The position numbers were made by a program, and so were the translations under genes. Below, piece after piece: positions 17,285 to 25,622 of a stretch of DNA of 36,413 nt. Each line of letters starts with the position of its first letter. The first letter of the stretch is position 1. The notes beneath the pieces were generated by a model. The model did not search any database, was not told where the DNA came from, and saw only the letters and a program-made list of their open reading frames with translations. Location: positions 1 to 36,413 of the forward strand of contig JACRFG010000078.1 of the NCBI GenBank assembly GCA_016234345.1. Direction: 5' to 3'. Source of the DNA: Candidatus Jorgensenbacteria bacterium (GTDB lineage: Bacteria; Patescibacteriota; Minisyncoccia; UBA6257; GWB1-50-10).

Positions 17285-17806
17285 ATGGATTGGGTGTCTT
17301 TTTTACAAAAATTCTTTTCTGCCCCGCAACTTAAGGCTTCATTCTTCGCCGCTAAGCTTATTTTTATTTTTTTAGATATCGTACTTGTTATTCTTTTTAT
17401 TTATGTTGCGCGTAAAGTAGCCGAGTTTCGGCCTAAACTAGAAGTCAAAATTAAAACAGGCAAACGGCAAGGGGTTGTACAGAAAAATCCGGTACTGATA
17501 AGGCAGTGGCAGGCAATTCTTAATAAATCTATAGCCGCGCCGCCGCAATCGCATATTCTTGGCATTATCGATGCAGATAAGTTTGTTGATGAGGTTTTGA
17601 AAAAAATGGGTATTAAAGGTGAACATATGGCTGATCGTTTGGAACGGATGAACACGTGGGATTTGAAATCTATTGATAAATTGTGGCAGGCCCATCGTGT
17701 CAGGAATGAATTAGTTCATCAACCCGACTTTGATATTTCTTCGGTCGATGTTAAAGAGGTTATGGAGATTTACGAATCTTTTTTAAAGGAAATTGGAGTT
17801 CTATAA
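17285..17806 (+). CDS. Hypothetical membrane-anchored protein (173 aa)
   Basis: It has a single N-terminal TM helix (FFAAKLIFIFLDIVLVILFIYVA). It starts 4 nt after the upstream stop, and the next gene starts 6 nt after its own stop. Confidence 0.65.
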   Translation: MDWVSFLQKFFSAPQLKASFFAAKLIFIFLDIVLVILFIYVARKVAEFRPKLEVKIKTGKRQGVVQKNPVLIRQWQAILNKSIAAPPQSHILGIIDADKFVDEVLKKMGIKGEHMADRLERMNTWDLKSIDKLWQAHRVRNELVHQPDFDISSVDVKEVMEIYESFLKEIGVL

Positions 17807-17812
17807 ACTATC

Positions 17813-19279
17813 ATGTCTCGTGGTTCTAAAATAAGACTAATCAAATATGCGCCGCCGCCGCCGGAACTTCCTATGTACGGTAAAATTAGTCCGGCCGACG
17901 CTTCATTTATCGGACGAACTAATTATGTCGCCGCATTGGAGGAGAAGAAGTATATTTTTGGTATCAAACGAGTTGATCGTCGCCGTCATGCTTATATCGT
18001 AGGTAAAAGCGGCGTTGGCAAATCGAAACTTTTGGAACTTATGATTAGACAGGACATCGCTTACGGTTATGGTTTTTGTCTTATTGATCCGCACGGTGAT
18101 GTGATTAATACCATACTGGATTTTGTGCCTGAATCGAGAGTCGATGATGTTGTAATTATTGATCCGGCCGATGCGGGTTATCCGGTATCGTTTAATCCGT
18201 TAGCTAACGTTGATCCACAATTTAAACATCAACTGACCCAAGGCTTGATCGAAGTTATGGAGAAACAGTTCGGCGCGAACTGGACGCCGCGGTTGGAACA
18301 CGTATTCCGCTTTACTTGTTTGGCTTTGTTGGATTATCCACATGCCACCATGCGGGGAATGATTTCCATGCTTACTGACCGTAATTACCGTCAGAAAGTC
18401 GTTGAGTATATTGAGGATGACATGGTGAAGCGTTTTTGGGCCATTGAATTCGCTGATTGGTCGGAGAAATTTGATACAGACGCTATTATCCCCCTTGTAA
18501 ACAAGCTTGGACAGTTTTTATCCGACCCGATGCTCCGGAATATCTTCGGTCAGAAAGAAAACAAGATTAATCTGGAAGAATTCATGAACCAACAGAAGAT
18601 CGTGCTTATAAACCTTTCTAAGGGCAGACTTGGTGAGGAAAACGCCAGTTTCTTCGGTTCCATGTTTATTACCAAGATAAAACAGGCCGGTATGGCCCGA
18701 GCCTCACTTTCCGAAAAAGAGCGCAATGATTTCTATCTTTATGTTGATGAGTTTCATAATCTTGTAACCGAAACCTTTGAAAATCTGCTTTCGGAGGCCA
18801 GAAAGTATGGTCTCTGTCTTATGGTGGCCCATCAGTATATGGGACAGCTTTTGCCGCGCGTTCAGGCATCGGTTTTGGGTAATATCGGCACTATTATTAT
18901 TTTTAGGGTTGGCGGTGAAGACGCGGTTAAATTAAAACCGGAGATGGCTCCAATTTTTGAAGTGAAAGATATGATTAACCTCGGAATGCAGGAATTCTAC
19001 ATTAAACTAACGATTGACGGAGAAACATACGATCCATTTTCAGCAGAGACTCTTAAGGTTTTGCCGCCCACACACACTTCATTAAGAGAGCGGATTATCG
19101 GAGAATCGCACCGGAAATATACTATTCCGGTTGATGCGGCCAAAAAGCTAATTACCGAAGAGGAAGCGACAATATTTAGAAGTGCTCAAGAGAAAGCCAT
19201 GATCACCGGAAAGAATTCCGCGGATAATAAGGGAGGAAAGGCCGCGGAAGAAGACAAAAACATCGAGCCACTCATATAA
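17813..19279 (+). CDS. VirD4/TraD/TraG-like (FtsK-HerA superfamily) P-loop ATPase, soluble form
   Basis: It has Walker A VGKSGVGKSKLL and Walker B FYLYVDEFHNL. These are followed by ARKYGLCLMVAHQYMGQL...GTIIIFRVGGEDA, which resembles the TraD/TraG C-terminal region of coupling proteins. I see no N-terminal TM helices. Confidence 0.75.
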   Translation: MSRGSKIRLIKYAPPPPELPMYGKISPADASFIGRTNYVAALEEKKYIFGIKRVDRRRHAYIVGKSGVGKSKLLELMIRQDIAYGYGFCLIDPHGDVINTILDFVPESRVDDVVIIDPADAGYPVSFNPLANVDPQFKHQLTQGLIEVMEKQFGANWTPRLEHVFRFTCLALLDYPHATMRGMISMLTDRNYRQKVVEYIEDDMVKRFWAIEFADWSEKFDTDAIIPLVNKLGQFLSDPMLRNIFGQKENKINLEEFMNQQKIVLINLSKGRLGEENASFFGSMFITKIKQAGMARASLSEKERNDFYLYVDEFHNLVTETFENLLSEARKYGLCLMVAHQYMGQLLPRVQASVLGNIGTIIIFRVGGEDAVKLKPEMAPIFEVKDMINLGMQEFYIKLTIDGETYDPFSAETLKVLPPTHTSLRERIIGESHRKYTIPVDAAKKLITEEEATIFRSAQEKAMITGKNSADNKGGKAAEEDKNIEPLI

Positions 19280-19371
19280 CATCTTTCAATTTCAATGGTG
19301 TTTGATCGAAAGCAATGTCAAAATTGTCCCGATTTTGTCTCCGAGCTTGTCGAGGAGTAACAAAATCAAGG

Positions 19372-19390
19372 ATCCCGCCATCGGCGGGAT
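19372..19390 (+). promoter_or_regulatory. Perfect 8-bp GC-rich hairpin 8 nt upstream of the first array gene
   Basis: The stem atcccgcc pairs with ggcgggat around loop atc, followed by aaaaatct and the ATG at 19399. There is no T tract, so it is not a classical terminator. Its function is unknown. Confidence 0.35.
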
Positions 19391-19398
19391 AAAAATCT

Positions 19399-21162
19399 AT
19401 GAATCAACGAGAATCAAGAAAATGTCAAAACTGTCGACAAGAATTTTGGATTGAACCGGAAGACTTCACTTTTTACGAACGTATCAATGTTCCGCCGCCG
19501 ACCTGGTGTCCAGAGTGTCGGATGATACGACGGATGTCTTTTCGAAATGAGAGAACGCTTTACAGGCGAGAATGCAATTTATGTAAGAAAAATATTATCG
19601 CGATGTACGACTCAACTGCCCCATTCTCTGTTTTCTGTTATGAATGTTGGTGGTCTGATAAATGGGGTGCCGAGACATTTGAGCAAGATTATGATTGGAA
19701 TCGGCCGTTTCTTGAACAATTTAGAGAACTTCTTTTAAAAGTCCCTAAGATTGCATTAGTTCATTATCCGCCCAATACAGATGTTAACTACGCTAATTTT
19801 GTTGCTAAAGATCGCAATGTGTATCTTGCGTATTCCGTTGTTGAATGCGAAAACGTGTTCTATTCATATAGTGTTGATAAAAGCAAGGAAAGCTTTGACT
19901 GTCTATATTTGAAAGGTTCCGAATTTTGTTTCGAAAATACTGACAGCGAAAATAACTATAATTGTTCATATCTGTTTCGCTCCCGCGACTGTATTAATTC
20001 GTCATTTTTATTTGATTGCGCTAATTGTCAGAATTGCTTTATGTCTTCAAATCTTCGGAATAAGCAATTCGTATTTCGTGGACAGCAACTTAATAAGAAT
20101 TCTTATGAAGCCAAGCTACAAGAAGTTATTGCCGGAAGCTATGAAAGTTATGAAGAATATAGGACTGAGTTCAAAAATTTAATGCGGAGCTCTCTTCACA
20201 AGTTTGCAAATCTGGTTAAAACAACCAACTGCACCGGTGATAATATTGCTAATTCAAAGAACGTTCGTGGATCATTCGGTGTTTATAACGCTGAAAATGT
20301 AAAATATTCAATTCGAGCCCTTCGTGAGGTTAAAGATACGTATGATCTTTATGGCGGATTAGGAGAATTGCTTTATGAAGGAACAGTAACTGGGTGGGGT
20401 AGTTTTAAACTTTCTGTTTTTACATATGCAAGTGCCTCACACGACGCTTCATATATTGATTGGTGCCAGAATTGTTCATATCTATTAGGTTGCGCAGGAT
20501 TGCGTAATAAGCAGTACTGCATTTTGAACAAACAGTACTCCAAAGAGGAGTATGAAGCGCTCGTTCCCAAGGTTATCGAGCATATGAATGCGATGCCGTA
20601 TGTAGATATGCAGGGACGAGTTTATCGATACGGCGAGTTTTTTCCTCCGGACCTTTCGCCATTTGCCTATAATGAGACTATTGCGCAGGAGTATTTTTCT
20701 TTGACTAAAGATCAGGCATTTGTCCGAGGATGTCGGTGGCGAGATCCTGACGGTCGGGACTACCATATTACTAAAACATTTTATGAACTTCCCGATCACG
20801 TTAAAGATGCTGCTGACTCTATTGTGAATGAAGTGATTGGTTGTGCTCATGAAGGGAAGTGTAATGAGCAATGTACTACCGCATTTAAGATTATTCCTCA
20901 AGAATTGGCATTTTATAGAAAAATGAATCTTCCACTTCCACGTCTTTGTCCCAACTGTCGTCACTATGAACGTCTCGCACAGCGTAATCCTTTGAAACTC
21001 TGGCATCGAACATGCATGTGTGACTACAAGGTCCGTGAGAATGGCGGAACGCACCAACATCACCCAACAGGTCCATGTCCGAACGAATTTGAAACAAGTT
21101 ACGTTCCCGACCGACTAGAGGTCGTCTACTGTGAACCGTGCTATAACGCAGAAGTAGTTTAG
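19399..21162 (+). CDS. Cys-rich zinc-ribbon/repeat protein, array paralog 1 (587 aa)
   Basis: The N-terminus is CQNCRQEFWIEPEDFTFYERINVPPPTWCPECRMIRR...RNERTLYRRECNLCKK...FCYECWWSDKW. An internal cap reads CQNCSYLLGCAGLRNKQYCILNKQYSKEEYE. The C-terminus is LPLPRLCPNCRHYERLAQRNPLKLWHRTCMC...CPNEFETSY...VVYCEPCYNAEVV. I count about 32 Cys. Confidence 0.85.
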   Translation: MNQRESRKCQNCRQEFWIEPEDFTFYERINVPPPTWCPECRMIRRMSFRNERTLYRRECNLCKKNIIAMYDSTAPFSVFCYECWWSDKWGAETFEQDYDWNRPFLEQFRELLLKVPKIALVHYPPNTDVNYANFVAKDRNVYLAYSVVECENVFYSYSVDKSKESFDCLYLKGSEFCFENTDSENNYNCSYLFRSRDCINSSFLFDCANCQNCFMSSNLRNKQFVFRGQQLNKNSYEAKLQEVIAGSYESYEEYRTEFKNLMRSSLHKFANLVKTTNCTGDNIANSKNVRGSFGVYNAENVKYSIRALREVKDTYDLYGGLGELLYEGTVTGWGSFKLSVFTYASASHDASYIDWCQNCSYLLGCAGLRNKQYCILNKQYSKEEYEALVPKVIEHMNAMPYVDMQGRVYRYGEFFPPDLSPFAYNETIAQEYFSLTKDQAFVRGCRWRDPDGRDYHITKTFYELPDHVKDAADSIVNEVIGCAHEGKCNEQCTTAFKIIPQELAFYRKMNLPLPRLCPNCRHYERLAQRNPLKLWHRTCMCDYKVRENGGTHQHHPTGPCPNEFETSYVPDRLEVVYCEPCYNAEVV

Positions 21163-21165
21163 AAT

Positions 21166-21777
21166 ATGACCAAACAAATTATTCTTAAAGAAACAAAAAA
21201 GCCTTTCTATTTTTCAGAAAGCGATTTACCAATGTTTATTCATGGTATAGATAAGGCCGGAGCATCTTTGTTTTCAGTTGCGGTTGCTACGCAATTCTTT
21301 CTAAACGGTAAAAAGATTATTTTTTTCACGGCTTATCCGATGGCAAAAGAAGAGTTTTTGAGTCAGATAGCTGGTTCTGATAAAGAAAATAAAGTTTTCT
21401 ATTTGGAGCATTCAAAAAATATTACAGAAGCTTCTAATTTCAGCGCGATCATAGTCAAAAGTGGCGATTGGGAACTTTGTTTGACGGTTTTGAGAACTCT
21501 AAATGACGTAGGAGAGAGAATCATTTTTGTTAAAAATATAGAATCAATTCTCAAAAGAGAACTCTTTTCGGCTGTTAAGATGCATCATAAATTGATCTTT
21601 TCTGGCGATGTTGATAAAATTGGTTTTGCTGAAGAAATAATCGCATTTAATTTCAATACCAAAATTTTATTTTCTAAACCAAAAATAAATATTGGCATTG
21701 ATATTCCCATTTTGGATAAATATGTAGGTTTTGTCGTCGGACGTGAAAACGCGCTGGTTAAGTTAGATGATTTTTAA
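21166..21777 (+). CDS. Hypothetical protein (203 aa) embedded in the array
   Basis: It starts 3 nt after the paralog 1 stop and ends 2 nt before the paralog 2 start. It contains GIDKAGAS, which resembles a Walker A (GxxxxGK[ST]) with Lys replaced by Ala. No family was recognised. Confidence 0.6.
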   Translation: MTKQIILKETKKPFYFSESDLPMFIHGIDKAGASLFSVAVATQFFLNGKKIIFFTAYPMAKEEFLSQIAGSDKENKVFYLEHSKNITEASNFSAIIVKSGDWELCLTVLRTLNDVGERIIFVKNIESILKRELFSAVKMHHKLIFSGDVDKIGFAEEIIAFNFNTKILFSKPKINIGIDIPILDKYVGFVVGRENALVKLDDF

Positions 21778-21779
21778 AT

Positions 21780-23558
21780 ATGAACTCAGAAATCAAACAA
21801 TGCCAAAATTGTAAACAAAACTTCGTCGTCGAACCGGATGATTTTAATTTTTATGAAAAGATAAAAGTGCCAGCGCCCACGTGGTGCCCGGAATGCCGTA
21901 TGATTCGCCGACTCGTTTGGCGGAACGAAAGAGCGCTCTACAAGCGGAAATGTGATTTGTGTGGTGAGATGAAGATATTGATGTATGCATCTGAAAAACC
22001 CTATAAAGTATATTGTTACGAATGTTGGTGGTCGGATAAGTGGAGTGCTTTGGATTACGGTCGAGATTACGATTTCAACCGGCCGTTTTTTGAGCAATTT
22101 GCCGAGTTATTAAAGACCGTACCTCGACCGGGCGTGATTAAGCAGGGGAATCATGTTGAGAGTGAATACACAAATCGGGTGACCAATATGAGGCATTGTT
22201 ATTTGGTTTATGGAACAGCGATTGCTGAATATTGTAGATATGGCGTGTGGTTAAACAGTTCAAAAGAATGCATGGATGGTTACAATGTTCAAAAATCAGA
22301 ACGTTGCTACGAATGTATTGATTGTTTCCAATGCTACGGTCTTGCTTTTTCAGAGGAATGCAATAATTCTGTGGATTCGTGGTTTCTTTTAAACTGCAAT
22401 AATTGCCAGAATTGTTTTGGTTGCGTGAATCTTCGTAATAAGTCCTATTGTATTTTCAATAAGCAGTATACAAAAGAAGAGTATCAAAAGATTATTGCGG
22501 GCTATCAGCTTGGAAGCGCGATATTCGTTGAGGGTATGCGTTCCCGATTCAATGATTTTAAAAAGAGATTTATCGTGCCGGCGATTGTAACTCATCATAG
22601 TATAAATATGAGCGGTAATTGGATTGAGAATTCAAAAAATATTTTTAGATCATTTACAATCGCAAACGTTGAAGAGGGTCGATATAGTTACGCTGTTTTT
22701 GATGCGAAAGATATTATGGATTACACATTTTGGGGTGCTACCGCTGAGCTTGTGTTTGAGGCCGTGAATTGCGGTATTCAGGCGTCGGATCTTCAGTTTG
22801 TGAATGAGTGTTGGAATCAAGCAATTGGTATGCGATATTCCATGAATTGTCATAGTTCACATAATCTTTTCGGCTGTATCGGAGTTAAAAATTCGGAATA
22901 TTGCATTTTGAATAAGCAATATCCAAAAGCAGAATATGAACAAATAATAGAAAAAATACGTGGCCAGATGGATAAAACTCTTTATGTAGATAAAAAAGGA
23001 AGAAAATATGTATACGGTGATTTTTTCCCTCTCGAGCTATCTCCCTTTGCATATAACGAGACTCTGGCGCAAGAATATTTCCCTATTCATAGAGAGACCG
23101 CGTTAAAAATGGATTATCCTTGGAAAGAGCTAGACGACAGAAATTATCAGATAACGTTGGATGCAGCAGCTCTTCCGGATAATATAAACGAGGTTCATGA
23201 TTCGGTTGTGAACGAAATAGTGAGCTGTGACCATGCTGGAAAGTGTAATCAACAATGCACGACCGCCTTCCGAATTACAGAAGAAGATTTACGCATGTAT
23301 CGCGCGGCAAAACTTCCTCTTCCGCGTTTATGCCCTAATTGCCGGCACTATGAGCGTTTAGCAAAAAGGAATCCTCTTAAGCTGTGGCATCGTATTTGTC
23401 AGTGTGGGGGAAGCATATCAGAGAACGGTTCGTATAAAAATTTATCTGAGCATTTTCATACTAATAGCCACTGTCCTAACGAATTTGAAACTTCCTACGC
23501 TCCCGACCGGCCAGAAATAATCTATTGCGAGCAATGTTATAACGCTGAGGTAGTATAA
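21780..23558 (+). CDS. Cys-rich zinc-ribbon/repeat protein, array paralog 2 (592 aa)
   Basis: It has the same architecture as paralog 1: CQNCKQNFVVEPDDFNFYEKIKVPAPTWCPECRMIRR, two caps (CQNCFGCVNLRNKSYCIFNKQYTKEEYQ and LFGCIGVKNSEYCILNKQYPKAEYE), and the tail IIYCEQCYNAEVV. Confidence 0.85.
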   Translation: MNSEIKQCQNCKQNFVVEPDDFNFYEKIKVPAPTWCPECRMIRRLVWRNERALYKRKCDLCGEMKILMYASEKPYKVYCYECWWSDKWSALDYGRDYDFNRPFFEQFAELLKTVPRPGVIKQGNHVESEYTNRVTNMRHCYLVYGTAIAEYCRYGVWLNSSKECMDGYNVQKSERCYECIDCFQCYGLAFSEECNNSVDSWFLLNCNNCQNCFGCVNLRNKSYCIFNKQYTKEEYQKIIAGYQLGSAIFVEGMRSRFNDFKKRFIVPAIVTHHSINMSGNWIENSKNIFRSFTIANVEEGRYSYAVFDAKDIMDYTFWGATAELVFEAVNCGIQASDLQFVNECWNQAIGMRYSMNCHSSHNLFGCIGVKNSEYCILNKQYPKAEYEQIIEKIRGQMDKTLYVDKKGRKYVYGDFFPLELSPFAYNETLAQEYFPIHRETALKMDYPWKELDDRNYQITLDAAALPDNINEVHDSVVNEIVSCDHAGKCNQQCTTAFRITEEDLRMYRAAKLPLPRLCPNCRHYERLAKRNPLKLWHRICQCGGSISENGSYKNLSEHFHTNSHCPNEFETSYAPDRPEIIYCEQCYNAEVV

Positions 23559-23595
23559 TATAGACAGCAAAGGTCGAAAGTTTAATAGCAAATAC

Positions 23596-23901
23596 ATGAT
23601 TTTTATATACACAACTTCTCCGAATCTTGAAGAAGCCAAAAAATTAGCTGAGGTTATTATCGATAAAAAGCTTGCGAGCGCCGTCAATTTATGGCCGACC
23701 CAGTCAATTTATATGTGGAAGGGAGAAAAACGAGAGGGGGAGGGGGCTGTTCTTTTTATACGGACGCTTGAGTCAAAGCTTCAGGAGATTGAAGATTTGA
23801 TTGGTACTCATAACATGCACGGCATTCCCTGCGTGGCTGCAGTCGATGTACGGCGTATCAACCGTCACTATAAAGAGCATCTTGTAGAGTGCGTGGGTTA
23901 G
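23596..23901 (+). CDS. cutA: Divalent-cation tolerance protein CutA
   Basis: At 101 aa it fits the CutA1 pattern: IYTTSPNLEEAKKLAEVIIDKKLASAVNLWP.QSIYMWKGE...LFIRT...H.MHGIP...Y.EHL. This corresponds to the A-C-V-N / S-x-Y-x-W-x-G / K-T / H-x-Y-x-x-P motifs. Confidence 0.8.
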   Translation: MIFIYTTSPNLEEAKKLAEVIIDKKLASAVNLWPTQSIYMWKGEKREGEGAVLFIRTLESKLQEIEDLIGTHNMHGIPCVAAVDVRRINRHYKEHLVECVG

Positions 23902-23948
23902 TTTTCTAATCCGCCTTATATTAAGGGCAGTGTTTTTATTTTTAAATT

Positions 23949-25622
23949 ATGACCAATATTCAGACAATACATTGTCGCAGCTGTAAGAATTCATTTGTTG
24001 TAGGACCAGACGATATTGCGTTTTACGCAAAAATGGACGTGTCGATACCGACGCTTTGTCCTGAATGTCGAATGCGTTGGAAATTTTTATGGCGTAACGA
24101 ACGAACGCTCTATAAACGCATGTGCGATCTTTGTAAGCGTTCGGTTGTGACCATGCATCATCCGCGAATGCAATTTCCGGTATACTGTTATGAATGCTGG
24201 TTTTCAGACAAATGGGATCCGTTTAGTTATAGCCGATCGTACGACATCAGTCGTCCTTTTTTTGAACAGCTTGGTGAACTTATACAGCAAGTTCCTAAAC
24301 AAGCTATGTATAGTTCTCCTGAAAGCGGACCGAATATAAATAGTGAATATACAAATTTTGCCGGAGGTAACAAGGATTGTTATCTTATTTTTAATTCCGG
24401 CCCTAAAAATGAGAATTGCGCATACGCGCGTGGGCTTATGCAGTGTCGTGATGTTTTTGATATGTATTATGGTTCGGACGTTGAGCGTAGTTATGAAGGC
24501 GTGAATATTCAGAAGAGCACTGGTGTTGGCTATGGCAAGGATGTGCTTGAGTGTTTGGATTCATGGTTTCTTTTGAACTGCACGGGTTGTCAATATTGTT
24601 TTGGCTGTGTGAATTTGCGCCACAAGTCGTATTATTTTTTTAACGAACCGCTTTCAAAAGATGAGTGGATGAGACGAGTATCAGAAGTATTGGGTAGTTA
24701 TAAAAAAATGGAAGCTGCGAGGAAACAATTTGAAGATTTCGGTCTTAAATTTCCGCGACGAGAACATAGTAATATGAAATCAATAAATTGTATCGGCGAC
24801 TATATATTTGAATCAAAAAATTGCTATGCATGTTTTGAAGTTTCATTTGCCGAAGATCTGCGATACGTTTTTGCGACTAAGCGTACCAAGGACAGCTTTG
24901 ATTTAGTTGGTCATGGCCGTGAATCTGAGTTGTTGCTTGAAGGCGTTGGTGTTGGGTGGTCGTCACGGGTTATCGGTTCGTGGCGCGTTGAGCGTTCTCA
25001 TGACATAGAATATTGTCTTGGTACTCGGACGAGTGAGCACTGTATAGGTTGCGATGGTTTGAAAAACGCCAAGTACTGCATTTTAAACAAACAGTACTCT
25101 GAAGCAGAGTATAAAAAATTACGTACTCACATTGTAAATGAGTTAAAAAATAAAGAGCTGTACGGACTTTTCTTGCCACCCGAAATATCTCTTTTTGCCT
25201 ATAACGAAACAATAGGTCAGGATAATTTACCGTTGAGTCGAGAGGAGGCCGCACGTTACGGATTTCGGTGGGAAGACGATATTCCACGCACCAAAGATCA
25301 AGAAACCATGCAGCCGCAACAAATTCCCGATCACATTAAAGATACTCTCGATTCAATGCTGAACGAAGTTTTACGATGCGTGAGTTGTGGTTATAACTAT
25401 CGTTTGATAAAGCCAGAGCTCGAATTCTATCGAAAGCTGCTAATCCCGATTCCCCGGCAGTGTTTTAATTGTCGGTTTCTTGATCGTATCAAACGTCGTG
25501 GCCCGATGAAACTTTATGAACGTCAGTGTGGTAAATGCAAAAAATCAATCAAAACTACTTATGCTTCTGATCGTCCCGAAATCGTCTACTGTGAACAGTG
25601 CTATAACGCGGAAGTTATATGA
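23949..25622 (+). CDS. Cys-rich zinc-ribbon/repeat protein, array paralog 3 (557 aa, short C-terminal variant)
   Basis: It shows the family N-terminus (CRSCKNSFVVGPDDIAFYAKMDVSIPTLCPECR...) and the caps. The C-terminal module uses plain CxxC pairs (CVSCGYNYRLI...CFNCRF...CGKCKKSI...YCEQCYNAEVI) and lacks the CMC...HxHH...CPNEFETSY insert. Confidence 0.85.
   Translation: MTNIQTIHCRSCKNSFVVGPDDIAFYAKMDVSIPTLCPECRMRWKFLWRNERTLYKRMCDLCKRSVVTMHHPRMQFPVYCYECWFSDKWDPFSYSRSYDISRPFFEQLGELIQQVPKQAMYSSPESGPNINSEYTNFAGGNKDCYLIFNSGPKNENCAYARGLMQCRDVFDMYYGSDVERSYEGVNIQKSTGVGYGKDVLECLDSWFLLNCTGCQYCFGCVNLRHKSYYFFNEPLSKDEWMRRVSEVLGSYKKMEAARKQFEDFGLKFPRREHSNMKSINCIGDYIFESKNCYACFEVSFAEDLRYVFATKRTKDSFDLVGHGRESELLLEGVGVGWSSRVIGSWRVERSHDIEYCLGTRTSEHCIGCDGLKNAKYCILNKQYSEAEYKKLRTHIVNELKNKELYGLFLPPEISLFAYNETIGQDNLPLSREEAARYGFRWEDDIPRTKDQETMQPQQIPDHIKDTLDSMLNEVLRCVSCGYNYRLIKPELEFYRKLLIPIPRQCFNCRFLDRIKRRGPMKLYERQCGKCKKSIKTTYASDRPEIVYCEQCYNAEVI

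Noticed and set aside
15862-19279. Whether the VirD4/TraD-like ATPase marks an integrative conjugative element or plasmid segment.
   Set aside because: I see no relaxase, integrase, VirB4/VirB6-type genes, tRNA attachment site or flanking direct repeats in the window. Composition looks continuous with the neighbouring housekeeping genes.
20485-21063. The 192 aa minus-strand ORF, and the many other 60-146 aa antisense or off-frame ORFs inside the array. Examples are 21786..22097, 24970..25287, 27201..27641, 28095..28334, 31869..32177, 34782..35054, 34830..35078 and 35651..36037.
   Set aside because: All lie wholly within the conserved reading frames of the paralogs. Their translations are low-complexity and are not conserved between paralogs, whereas the + strand family frame is. 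They are shadow ORFs.
23902-23948. A possible terminator after cutA (gccttatattaagggc followed by a T-rich tract).
   Set aside because: The stem is short and imperfect, and the downstream paralog 3 has no independent promoter signal. The evidence is too weak to call.
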